64,000 nucleotides of DNA from Ignavibacteria bacterium (GTDB lineage Bacteria > Bacteroidota > Ignavibacteria > Palsa-1295), in contig JABDDM010000002.1 of assembly GCA_013287605.1 (NCBI GenBank), positions 1,145 through 65,144 of the forward strand. Direction: 5' to 3'. The first letter of the stretch is position 1. Each line of letters starts with the position of its first letter. Below are positions 37,273-46,460 of this stretch, piece after piece. Made by a program: the position numbers and the translations under genes. The notes under the pieces are model-generated. The model was not told the DNA's origin, did no database searches, and was given only the letters and a program-made list of their open reading frames with translations.

Positions 37273-39309
37273 ATGGTATCCCTTCGTACTCTCGCACTCC
37301 TTGTCTTTCTTTTCTCGACCAATGCGTCAGTAGGATTCGCGCAATGGACTCAGATTGCCTCGTTTCCATCCTTCGTCAGAGTCATCCGCTTTCTAGACTC
37401 CCCAGGTGCATCTCACATTGGCTTTCTCGGAACTGGTCTCGGTCACGTTTTCAAGACTACTGACTATGGCGCAACTTGGATCCAGAGTTCGATCAACACT
37501 GGAAACGTATCTGTCTCCGAGTTCACGTTCAAGGATTCGACTACGGGCTGGCTCACGACGAAAGTATTGTCCTCTGGATCTGTTAATGGTGAAGTCTTTA
37601 TGACGCACGATGGTGGGCTAAACTGGGTCGCCCTCAACCATACCGGCACATTATCCTCGATTTATTACAACAGGTCATCCAAGCTTCTCTTCTTATCCGA
37701 TTGGAACGCGGGAGAACTTGTGTCGAATGATGAGGGACAAACTTTCAATGTGCTTAGCACGGGCACATACTTCAATGGCATCCAATTCCCCAATGATCAG
37801 AATGGAATAATCGCTGCAGCTGGATCTGGAGGCTTCGTCCTCGTGACGACCGATGCAGGACTGACATGGGCCAACGTCGGGCCTGACGACGAGACGTGGC
37901 AACCGGCTTCCTCCGCCACTGGCAATTTCTACGAGTTAAGCGAAATAACCAACCGCGTTTATCGCTCGACCGACCAAGGACACAATTGGTCATTCCGCTA
38001 CAGGTTCTCCAGCGGATTCGCGACTGGCTTGACAGGCTGCCTACGCGCCTCGTCGTGCGACGATATCTTCACCCAATCATTGAATGAAGGATTCTTCCTT
38101 TCGACTGATGAGGGCGATTCCTGGACCGCGTTCGGTGGACCTGGCAACGCGATCGATTCGAGATTCTGGATATCTGACTCAAAAATCTTCGCAGGTGATA
38201 CAGGCGGTGGACTGTTTACGCACCCGCTTCCCTCCAAAGCAAGCTTTGACATTTTGCCTGCGAATATTGAATATCAAATCGTGAGTTGTCCAACGCAAGA
38301 TTCCATCTTACATTTCGATGTAAGCAGTTGTTCAGGGATCGGTGACTCTTTGATCGATGCAAATATTCTAGGTTCATCTCGATTCAAGCTGGTCAACACA
38401 CTCGCACTGCCTCGCAAGACGTTCGTCAACGATTCCCTCACGATCGAATACACTCCATCCCTCAGCAATCATGACAGCTCAACGTTGGTCTTGAGATTCC
38501 TGGTTGGTGGCAAAACGATCGATACAGTGGTCCCGCTCGTCGCAAGACACATGAGACAACCAGAACAACTTCATCCAATCATACGATTTGACAGCGATAA
38601 GAAGGCAGTTTCAATTGTCGCTCCCGAGAAGATCGATGCTGTGATCGCACTTGATGACACGTTAACTGCGCCCACATTTCTAACGGACCTCGATGTTTTC
38701 CTACACTATGACAGTGACGCACTGACGCAATTGGGTATCATCACAACCTATCAAGGCTGGGTCGCCAGTAATCTCTCTCAACAGACAGGAATCCTGAGCT
38801 TCCATCTTCACCGAACGATCATAGCAAGAATTGAAAAGGATTCAGCTTTGGCGCGTATAAAGTTTTCATCCTCTGTTTCGCCCAACGCATTCTCTCCCAT
38901 TTCAATATCTCAGTTCCTCTACAATCAGGATACGATGGCAACCGATAATTGCACGTACCTTCTTTCCTCAAAGCACGACAGCGTGATGGTCAATATCGGC
39001 TCGATTTGCTCCGACAGTACGCTGAGAACTGCTTTGCGTGGCGAACCAGTGCTCCTGCTTCTTGGAATTTCTCCCAATCCCGCTTCCGATCATTTGAATG
39101 TGTCTATCCAACTCCCCCAAGCCAGTGAAATTGATGTAATCCTCGAAGACATGCTTGGACGAATTGTTGCAATATTGCATCAGGGTGAACTCACGACTGG
39201 CGTGCACGAGCTCAGCCTACCATTCAAGTTGCCTTCGGGGATTTACAATGTTGGGATCACCGTCAATGGCGCTGCTCAGGTAAATGCCCGGATGGTAGTC
39301 GCGAAATAA
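37273..39309 (+). CDS. BNR/Asp-box repeat (sialidase-like beta-propeller) protein with a T9SS C-terminal sorting domain
   Basis: Six SxDxGxTW Asp-box repeats (TTDYGATW, THDGGLNW, SNDEGQTF, TTDAGLTW, STDQGHNW, STDEGDSW). Signal peptide. A CTD-like C-terminus (…GIYNVGITVNGAAQVNARMVVAK). Confidence 0.8.
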   Translation: MVSLRTLALLVFLFSTNASVGFAQWTQIASFPSFVRVIRFLDSPGASHIGFLGTGLGHVFKTTDYGATWIQSSINTGNVSVSEFTFKDSTTGWLTTKVLSSGSVNGEVFMTHDGGLNWVALNHTGTLSSIYYNRSSKLLFLSDWNAGELVSNDEGQTFNVLSTGTYFNGIQFPNDQNGIIAAAGSGGFVLVTTDAGLTWANVGPDDETWQPASSATGNFYELSEITNRVYRSTDQGHNWSFRYRFSSGFATGLTGCLRASSCDDIFTQSLNEGFFLSTDEGDSWTAFGGPGNAIDSRFWISDSKIFAGDTGGGLFTHPLPSKASFDILPANIEYQIVSCPTQDSILHFDVSSCSGIGDSLIDANILGSSRFKLVNTLALPRKTFVNDSLTIEYTPSLSNHDSSTLVLRFLVGGKTIDTVVPLVARHMRQPEQLHPIIRFDSDKKAVSIVAPEKIDAVIALDDTLTAPTFLTDLDVFLHYDSDALTQLGIITTYQGWVASNLSQQTGILSFHLHRTIIARIEKDSALARIKFSSSVSPNAFSPISISQFLYNQDTMATDNCTYLLSSKHDSVMVNIGSICSDSTLRTALRGEPVLLLLGISPNPASDHLNVSIQLPQASEIDVILEDMLGRIVAILHQGELTTGVHELSLPFKLPSGIYNVGITVNGAAQVNARMVVAK

Positions 39310-39488
39310 GCCCGCTTCCTGGGGCAAATCGCACCAAAAGCCTGAAAATCCGTTAGTTTTGTATACTATTCGGTCGTGCTAGAATAGTGCTGGCTGATCA
39401 TTAAACCTTCTTTGCTCTGTTTGCTCTAATGGATGTGGACGAGATCTGGACACACCTGATTGGCGGCCCCGAGTGAAGAGAGATATGC

Positions 39489-40106
39489 ATGGCATTTCAA
39501 CAGGAATATCTGCTCTTGTCGGATGAAGAGCTCGTCGTGCTCTTTCATAATGGAGAACGGCACGGCAGCTTTACGGTAATCGTAGAACGCTATCAGAAGC
39601 GAATCTACTATGCCGCCAGACGGATGATGGATGGCGATCATGATGAGGCCGATGAGGTCTCGCAGGATACCTTCGTCAAGGCGTACGAAGCTTTGGGTAG
39701 TTTTCGCGGCGATGCGAAGCTCTATACCTGGTTGTATCGGATCATGATGAACGCTGTGATTCAGCGTTCGCGCAAGAAGAAGTCGCGGAAGACCGTCGGA
39801 CTTGAGGGCATCGAGAATACAGTTGAAACCGGTGAGCTTTCCGCACACGACAGACTCGAACAGCGAGAGACGACACGGATCATTGAAAAAGCGATCGAGA
39901 TACTACCTAAGAAACAGCGCGAGGTTTTTCTCATGAGGTTCTACGATGAACTTCCGTATGAAGAGATCGCACGGCTGACCGGGACCAGCGTCGGCGGATT
40001 GAAGGCAAATTACTTTCACGCGGTCAAGAAGATCGGCGAGTATTTGCATCAGTATGGGAAGATCGCACCGGAGTTTTTGGCTGCGTTCGAACAGCCGAAT
40101 AATTGA
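39489..40106 (+). CDS. ECF-subfamily RNA polymerase sigma-70 factor
   Basis: Region 2 (…DEADEVSQDTFVKAYEAL…YTWLYRIMMN) and region 4 (…EVFLMRFYDELPYEEIARLTGTSVGGLKANYFHAVKKI). Confidence 0.85.
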   Translation: MAFQQEYLLLSDEELVVLFHNGERHGSFTVIVERYQKRIYYAARRMMDGDHDEADEVSQDTFVKAYEALGSFRGDAKLYTWLYRIMMNAVIQRSRKKKSRKTVGLEGIENTVETGELSAHDRLEQRETTRIIEKAIEILPKKQREVFLMRFYDELPYEEIARLTGTSVGGLKANYFHAVKKIGEYLHQYGKIAPEFLAAFEQPNN

Positions 40107-40769
40107 GTGAGGCGCACAGCAGATACGATGAACACGCACGAAGAACAGGATGATGAGCGGTTAAAGCCGATCTTGAACGAGATCCGCAAAGCCGGCGCGC
40201 CCTATTCTGACGAACCGGATCCCCGCTATTGGGCGAACTTCCGCGTCCGAGTCATGGAGCGTGTCGAGCAGGCAGAAGCCGCGCACCGGCCTGTTGGTCA
40301 GCGCATTTGGGAATGGATCACCGAGCGCCCCCTTCGTTCAGGCCTTATCGGTTTTTCGACAGCGGCACTCGTGATCGTAAGCGTTCTGATGAACCCCTTC
40401 ACAAATGGTAAGCGCGACGTTGCCGTGCTTCAGCAACCGCCTATTGTTTTGCATCACGATTCTGCTTCGTCCGGGACAGTGCCCGTCACGCCGATCGCTC
40501 CATCGCATGTTTCTCCTTCGGACGTTCAGGTGCAGAAGGATATGGCAGCGACGAACAAGGCCGTTAAGAAGATGCTTCGGTCGCATGAATACACGCAGCA
40601 TCTCAGACATTCTGTGGAGTCGTCTGAGCAGACAAAGATGGCTGAACTTGAACCAGCCGAGAGTGTCTCGACTGTTACTACAGCCGATTCCGATCTGCCT
40701 GTCAGTTTGAATGACCTGTCCGAATCCCAACTGGAGAGTGTACTCCATTCGCTTGAATCGACCAAGTAA
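40107..40769 (+). CDS. putative anti-sigma factor (single-pass membrane protein)
   Basis: Immediately downstream of the ECF sigma gene, with start and stop adjacent. One TM helix (GLIGFSTAALVIVSVLM). The assignment rests on position only. Confidence 0.45.
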   Translation: MRRTADTMNTHEEQDDERLKPILNEIRKAGAPYSDEPDPRYWANFRVRVMERVEQAEAAHRPVGQRIWEWITERPLRSGLIGFSTAALVIVSVLMNPFTNGKRDVAVLQQPPIVLHHDSASSGTVPVTPIAPSHVSPSDVQVQKDMAATNKAVKKMLRSHEYTQHLRHSVESSEQTKMAELEPAESVSTVTTADSDLPVSLNDLSESQLESVLHSLESTK

Positions 40770-40794
40770 GGATGCCCAAAGTTTTTGAGAACAG

Positions 40795-41397
40795 ATGAAA
40801 ACGACACTTTTATTTTCCATTGTGCTTGCCGCGCTTCTTAGCGTGCAGTGGGTTATGCCCATGTCGATACTCGCACAGACGACGAATTCAATTGATACCG
40901 CGCAACGGGGAATGCTGCGTCGGCCCGATCCAGCAAGGCTCGAAGCGCTTAAGGCAAAGATCGAAGAATTGAAATATCAGAGAATCAAGACCTCGCTGGG
41001 ATTGGACGATGAGCAAGCCAGAAAATTCTTTGAACAGTACAAGCCAGTGGAGCGCGACATTCAGGAACTCGTTAAGAAGCGTAACGAGGCGATGAAAGCT
41101 TTGCAAGAAGCGACGAGCAGCGGAAAACCCAATGCTGAAATAGAGCCTAAGCTGAATGAGATTCGCGACCTCACTGCGGCAATACAGCAGCGACAAGTAC
41201 AGCTCGATCAAAACCTGAAGCCGATTCTCACGCCCGTGCAGCGTGCCCGACTCCTTGTATTCGAGCAGGAATTCAACCATCGCGTTCGCCAGCAGATCGA
41301 CAAGCGCAAATTCCTCAATAATCATCCGCTGATTCGCAACCGCCTGCAACAATTCAGATTACAGCGCCGCCTTCAAAAGAAGCTGAACCACCGCTGA
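40795..41397 (+). CDS. Spy/CpxP-family (LTXXQ-motif) periplasmic protein
   Basis: Signal peptide, coiled-coil, and LTPVQRARL (LTxxQ) motif. Third gene of the sigma/anti-sigma cluster. Confidence 0.55.
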   Translation: MKTTLLFSIVLAALLSVQWVMPMSILAQTTNSIDTAQRGMLRRPDPARLEALKAKIEELKYQRIKTSLGLDDEQARKFFEQYKPVERDIQELVKKRNEAMKALQEATSSGKPNAEIEPKLNEIRDLTAAIQQRQVQLDQNLKPILTPVQRARLLVFEQEFNHRVRQQIDKRKFLNNHPLIRNRLQQFRLQRRLQKKLNHR

Positions 41398-41416
41398 GCG
41401 GAACACGAGAATTCAA

Positions 41417-41443
41417 GGCCGGGATTTCATCCCGGCCTTTTTT
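41417..41443 (+). terminator. rho-independent terminator
   Basis: GGCCGGGAT-TTC-ATCCCGGCC hairpin followed by T6, directly after the stop of the Spy/CpxP-family gene (40795..41397). Confidence 0.7.
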
Positions 41444-41484
41444 CATTTATGCGGGAGCGCCAGACACACTACCGCACACTCAGC

Positions 41485-42639
41485 ATGATCTATCTCGACA
41501 ATAGCGCTACTACCCCACTCGCACCAGAAGTGCGCGAGGCGATGGAGCCGTGGCTTGACAATGAATTCGGTAATGCCTCAAGCATCCATTCGATCGGACG
41601 AAGCGCGAAGGTTGCTCTTGAGGCCGCCCGCGAGATAATCGCGAATGCCATTGGCGCACGGCCGAGCGAAATTGTTTTTACTTCGAGTGGCACCGAAGCC
41701 AACAACGCTGCTATCGTCGGAAGCGTGATGCACGAAAAACTGAAGGGCACCGGATTTTCATCGCAGTCGATCATCACCTCAGCCGCCGAACATCATGCCG
41801 TGCTTGAGCCTGCGCAGTTTCTTGCGAAGCTTGGTGCAAGATCACTTGTATTGCCGGTTGATTCCGAAGGACGGTCTTTCCCAGAAGCAGTTGCCGGCTC
41901 GCTTGATGATTCTACGACGATCGTATCGATGATGCTCGTCAATAATGAGGTCGGGTCGATCAATCCGATTGCGGAGATCTCAGAAGTTGTCCATACAAAT
42001 TCTGGGGCGCTGATGCACACGGACGCGATACAAGCGCTCGGGAAGATGCCACTGAATGTCGGCGAATTGGGGGTTGATCTCGCTTCCTTTTCCGCTCACA
42101 AGATTCACGGACCGAAAGGCATTGGTGCACTCTTCGTAAAGAGCGGGACTGAACTCGAGCCGCTCGTACATGGTGGTGCACAAGAGCGAAACCGCCGTGG
42201 GGGCACGGAGCCGGTGGCGCTGGCTGTCGGCTTTGCACAAGCTGTGCGGCTGGCGGAGAAACGTCTCGCCGCGCAGCACTCGGAATTGGAAGCGCTCGGC
42301 CATTGGCTCCGAAGCGAACTCCTGGTGATCCCTGGTGTTACGATCAACTCACCGCAGGAACATTGGCTCCCTTCAATTATCAACTTTAGCTTTGCGCCGG
42401 AGTTACTTGACACGATTGATGGCGAAACGCTCATCATGCGATTCGATCTTGAAGGGATCGCAGTTTCGAACGGCGCTGCATGTACTTCCGGGACCGTTCA
42501 GCCTTCGCATGTGCTGCTTGCAATGGGCAAGGGAGATAAAGTCGCTGGAGCTTCAGTACGGATATCGCTCTCGCACGAAACGACGAAGACCGATCTCGAT
42601 CAATTCTTACAAGTACTTCGACGCATGATCAAACAATGA
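41485..42639 (+). CDS. iscS: cysteine desulfurase (class V aminotransferase, IscS/NifS type)
   Basis: MIYLDNSATTP…, SIHSIGR…, …SFSAHKIHGPKGIGALFVK (PLP lysine) and …GGTE… motifs. Start at the ATG giving MIYLDN. Confidence 0.85.
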   Translation: MIYLDNSATTPLAPEVREAMEPWLDNEFGNASSIHSIGRSAKVALEAAREIIANAIGARPSEIVFTSSGTEANNAAIVGSVMHEKLKGTGFSSQSIITSAAEHHAVLEPAQFLAKLGARSLVLPVDSEGRSFPEAVAGSLDDSTTIVSMMLVNNEVGSINPIAEISEVVHTNSGALMHTDAIQALGKMPLNVGELGVDLASFSAHKIHGPKGIGALFVKSGTELEPLVHGGAQERNRRGGTEPVALAVGFAQAVRLAEKRLAAQHSELEALGHWLRSELLVIPGVTINSPQEHWLPSIINFSFAPELLDTIDGETLIMRFDLEGIAVSNGAACTSGTVQPSHVLLAMGKGDKVAGASVRISLSHETTKTDLDQFLQVLRRMIKQ

Positions 42640-43591
42640 TCTCCCATGATCGCGGCGCAAGCTCAACATGTCGCTCTAGTGCATCAATCGCAATTCCATA
42701 ACGCAAGCCACGCGTGCTGACTGTGACGAATTCAATCCCGAAGATCTCCATCGTCTCCAACAAGATCAAGCTACCGGCAAGCAGTATATCCGCGCGACCC
42801 TTCAAGATCACAGGATAACGTCGCATCATTTCTTCGATACTCGTCACTGCCATTTCGTCGACGAACCGATTAACGGCATCCTTTCGAAGCACATGACCTT
42901 GCACTAGCGCCGCGTCGAACACCTTCAAACCAAGCTCCATTGCGGCAAGCGACGTCGGCGTACCCGCGACTGCCACGAACGGAATTCCCCTAAGAGGCTC
43001 CTTAACATTCTCGATAATTGCTTCACGAATATCCTGCCTGGCTGAAGTCACATCGTGAGGAGCTGGCTTGCCGAAATATCGTTCGGTCATCCTGACTGCA
43101 CCGACATCGATGCTCTGGCCTTGCAGGAACAGGCCATTCGCTCCTATCGCGATCTCCGTGCTTCCGCCACCAACGTCGAGCACCGCGACCTTCTCCTCAC
43201 TCATCTTCATGCCTGCCAGCGCCCCGCGATACGTCAGCTCTGCTTCTTTTGATCCTGAGATGATCTGGATATCGATACCAAGATCATGCTTCGCGCGATA
43301 CAAGATGTTGCCGCGATTCTGGGCATCTCGCAGCGCACTTGTTCCTACTGCGGCGATCTCATTGACACTAAGTGTCGAGAGCGCGAGAAGATGCTCTTTG
43401 ATCACCTTCACAAAACGATCGTAGGCAGCATCCGAAATGATGTGGGTTTTGTCGACGCCTTCGCCGAGTCTGGCAATCGCATGTCGATCAGCGATTACTT
43501 TCGCGGATGCCTCGCTTTGAGATTCAAGGACCAGACACAAGGCAGTGTTCGTGCCGATATCGAACGCGGCTACGCGATACTTATCCGGCAT
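42629..43591 (-). CDS. ppx: Ppx/GppA-family exopolyphosphatase/phosphohydrolase
   Basis: N-terminus …VAAFDIGTNTALCLV plus a second actin-like ATPase motif (…VLDVGGGSTE…). Confidence 0.85.
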   Translation of the reverse strand: MPDKYRVAAFDIGTNTALCLVLESQSEASAKVIADRHAIARLGEGVDKTHIISDAAYDRFVKVIKEHLLALSTLSVNEIAAVGTSALRDAQNRGNILYRAKHDLGIDIQIISGSKEAELTYRGALAGMKMSEEKVAVLDVGGGSTEIAIGANGLFLQGQSIDVGAVRMTERYFGKPAPHDVTSARQDIREAIIENVKEPLRGIPFVAVAGTPTSLAAMELGLKVFDAALVQGHVLRKDAVNRFVDEMAVTSIEEMMRRYPVILKGRADILLAGSLILLETMEIFGIEFVTVSTRGLRYGIAIDALERHVELAPRSWEIIV

Positions 43592-44456
43592 ACTTCATGA
43601 GCAGCGCCGACCACTCGTGCTCGCGAAGCTCTTCGACCAGTTGATAACCGAGCGAGCGATACTCCTCAGCAACTTCAGCAGAATCGTAGACCAATAAACC
43701 CGAAAGAATCAGCGTTGAACCGGGAAGCGAGTGAGATGCGATCTCTTCTGAAGATTCGATCAGGATGTTGCGATGAATGTTGGCGAGGATGAGATCAAAT
43801 TTATCCTCGCTATCAATCGTGCTGGCAAGATTGCCGCAAAAGACTGTGAATCGATCGGCCGCAAGACCATTCAGATCCCGATTCTCTTCAACATTTTCGA
43901 CGGCCCAATCGTCTGTGTCGATCCCGATCGCTCGCGCTGCGCCGCGCATGAGCGCGTAGATAGCCAGCACACCTGAGCCGGTGCCAACATCAAGCACTGA
44001 CATTTTTTTGACGTTAACCTTCTCGATCGCTCGCAAGCAAAGCCTCGTCGTCTCATGATGACCCGTCCCGAAACTCATCTTCGGATCGATCACGATCAAA
44101 TACTTTGAATCGAGATGCTCGGCCTCCTCTTCCTTCCACGATGGAGCGATGACAAGATCGTCCGTGACTCGCACAGGCTCAATGCCGGCCTCCCACTCTG
44201 CATTCCAGTCTTTCTCTTCGATCGGCTCAACGGACCGAAGTTCAACTGGCGATGGAAGCATCGAGACAAACTCGGAGAGCTCATCCTGCAGTTCTGGAGT
44301 CCACTCGCCGATCGGAATGAAATATCGGACGTCACCTTCCTGCGTCTCTTCGAGGCCTTCGAGTGTCGTCTGTGTCAGCATGAACCCTTGCAGCGAGTCC
44401 TGCACGTCGAGCGGCACACGAAAGGTTAAGGCGAGAGTGCGAGGAGCTTTTGTCAC
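43581..44456 (-). CDS. prmA: ribosomal protein L11 methyltransferase
   Basis: …VIDPKMSFGTGHHETTRLC… and SAM motif VLDVGTGSGVLAI. Confidence 0.85.
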   Translation of the reverse strand: MTKAPRTLALTFRVPLDVQDSLQGFMLTQTTLEGLEETQEGDVRYFIPIGEWTPELQDELSEFVSMLPSPVELRSVEPIEEKDWNAEWEAGIEPVRVTDDLVIAPSWKEEEAEHLDSKYLIVIDPKMSFGTGHHETTRLCLRAIEKVNVKKMSVLDVGTGSGVLAIYALMRGAARAIGIDTDDWAVENVEENRDLNGLAADRFTVFCGNLASTIDSEDKFDLILANIHRNILIESSEEIASHSLPGSTLILSGLLVYDSAEVAEEYRSLGYQLVEELREHEWSALLMKYAG

Positions 44457-45577
44457 AGTGATCGGATGGAATTTGGCAGGCGTTCGTAGATCAGATATAG
44501 TAAAAGTCGGCCGACCTCATCGAGTGTTTTATCACTAACGTTGTTCGGAAGATCATGCGTCGTATGCCAATACTTGCGGTCCGGATCCTGGGTATGCGCG
44601 CCTACCAAATCACCGTCGATAATATCAACCGCAGGGATTCCGCCCTGAATGAATGGAAGATGATCGTCTTCGATCGTTGGACCCGCAATTTGTTTGAAAG
44701 TTGTGAGTCCCAGATCCTGCGCTGCTCTCCAGATCTCCGCAGTGAATTGCGGTGCTGACCTTTGCGAATTTCCTTCCGGCTTGAATTCCGCCTTTTTGTC
44801 ACCCACCATATCAAGCAGGATGGCGAAGCGTGGATTGTAGTCTGCGGGCTTCGTCTTCACAAAAAATTTCGCGCCGAGAAAATACTTATTGAGTTCGTCG
44901 ATCGAGGGCTTGCCATAATCTTCACCATCATCGAAGAGCAGATCAACGCCGATCGGCGGTGGATTGTCTTTCATTGCCTTTGCGAGTTCGAGCATGACGG
45001 CAGTCCCCGAGCCACCATCATTGGCGGCCGGCACAGGCTTATTTCGATTCGTTGAATCCTTATCCTCATCAGCCCACGGACGAGAATCCCAGTGGGTCAG
45101 GATCAGGATCCGATCTGTCGCCGAGGGATTGAATGACGCGACGACATTCGTCAAGTTCAAAGTCGAGCCGTCGTAGCCGGTTTCGGTAAATGGCTGGAGG
45201 CTAACGGCGCTGGTGTACTTCGCGAGCTCCGTTTGGATATATTTCAGCTCATGGTCATGAGCTGCACTGTTCGGCACTCGTGGACCAAAGCTAACCTGCT
45301 GCACAACCGACTTCATCGCGGCTGCACCATCGAACGGAGGAGCCGTCTTCGCGACGAGCGGCGGCAGCGCCTTGGCTGGCCCATCGGCCGGTGGATTATC
45401 CGTCTTCTTAGAGCACGCGACTGCAACAAAAGCGAGAAGGGCAAGCGGAGGGAAAAGTAGCTTCCGCGGTAGTCGATTCAAAAATTGCATCAAAAAATAG
45501 TACGCTGAAATTCGTCGTGAAAGGTGTGTAACAAAACGAGAGTAGGCAAGTTCTTTTATATGTCTCCGTTTGAGCAC
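44453..45577 (-). CDS. M28-family peptidase (aminopeptidase or glutaminyl-cyclase-like), secreted
   Basis: Signal peptide. Zinc-ligand context …ILTHWDSRPWADED… and …DDGEDYG…. Confidence 0.75.
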   Translation of the reverse strand: MLKRRHIKELAYSRFVTHLSRRISAYYFLMQFLNRLPRKLLFPPLALLAFVAVACSKKTDNPPADGPAKALPPLVAKTAPPFDGAAAMKSVVQQVSFGPRVPNSAAHDHELKYIQTELAKYTSAVSLQPFTETGYDGSTLNLTNVVASFNPSATDRILILTHWDSRPWADEDKDSTNRNKPVPAANDGGSGTAVMLELAKAMKDNPPPIGVDLLFDDGEDYGKPSIDELNKYFLGAKFFVKTKPADYNPRFAILLDMVGDKKAEFKPEGNSQRSAPQFTAEIWRAAQDLGLTTFKQIAGPTIEDDHLPFIQGGIPAVDIIDGDLVGAHTQDPDRKYWHTTHDLPNNVSDKTLDEVGRLLLYLIYERLPNSIRSL

Positions 45578-45696
45578 GGGACAATTAGCTTGGAAGCAAT
45601 GCTCTCTTGAGTGACCTTCCCGGTGAATAGAAGCACATCTGAAGATCTCGAGTAGCCTGGATGAACGATAACTTCATTCGGGCTCTCTCGTTTTAT

Positions 45697-45815
45697 GGGG
45701 TCAGGGAACAGGGCACGGTAAACAGGGAACAGATAGGGATTGAAGGCGGGAGAGTGCAAAAACTTCGATCATCCCTCCCGCTGTTCCCTGTTCCCATTCC
45801 CTGTTCCCTGAGCCC
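45697..45815. repeat. imperfect palindrome about 115 bp long whose arms are arrays of GGGAACAG / CTGTTCCC
   Basis: CAGGGAACAGGGCACGGTAAACAGGGAACAG … (central GCGGGAG…CTCCCGC) … CTGTTCCCTGTTCCCATTCCCTGTTCCCTG. It uses the same heptamer as the array at 21428-21471. Confidence 0.7.
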
Positions 45816-45984
45816 GTGTGTAAATGCGTTATTCATAATCCAAGATTCAACCTTCGATTTTGTGCTGAAAACGGCAATTCGCGATTGCCAAGCTTGGTGT
45901 GTGTGAAAACTTTATTCATAATTCCCCTTCGTATAGAAAACTAGTGGGGTGTTTTTGAGATCGACCCACATCCTAGACTCTGGG

Positions 45985-46086
45985 GATGGATTCCCGCATT
46001 CGCGGGAATGACAAGATGGAGACTCTGTGGCGCTTCGCGCGTTACTCCCTGTTGATGTCATTCCCGCACAGGCGGGAATCCATGGG
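45985..46086. repeat. MITE-like palindromic repeat element, copy B
   Basis: GGATTCCCGCATTCGCGGGAATGACA … TGTCATTCCCGCACAGGCGGGAATCCA. The interior shares GCGCTTCGCGC with copy A in inverted orientation. Confidence 0.55.
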
Positions 46087-46460
46087 GAAGGAAGGATGCA
46101 ACTCGCGTGGGTCGGGCGTCTCGCCCGACCTAGGGTGGCGCGGGGTACTCTCTCTTGTTGCGACCTACCGGGAGTCGGGCGAGAGGCCCGACCGCTGAAG
46201 AGCGGAGAATTTGCCTACGCTACATAAAACGCATAATTATCCACCATCGTTCCCTTGGGAGAACGAATACCTCACGAGAATGAGCAGCTTTATGAACCAG
46301 ATCAATCTACAACCCTCGGAACTCACAATAGGGACACGATGTGTTCTTTTGCCAGCTTTCGACCCTGAGCGCAGGTTCGTCCCGAAACCCAACTCTCTCA
46401 CCGTCCATTGCACAAGATCACAAGTATTTGAGATGCCCAAAAACGTTATAATGAACTGGC

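Noticed and set aside
45986-46227. Two overlapping ORFs (70 and 66 aa) in the repeat-rich junction
   Set aside because: Same reason as above. They span palindromic repeats, have no RBS-like context and give low-complexity translations such as IPAQAGIHGEG that mirror the first artefact.
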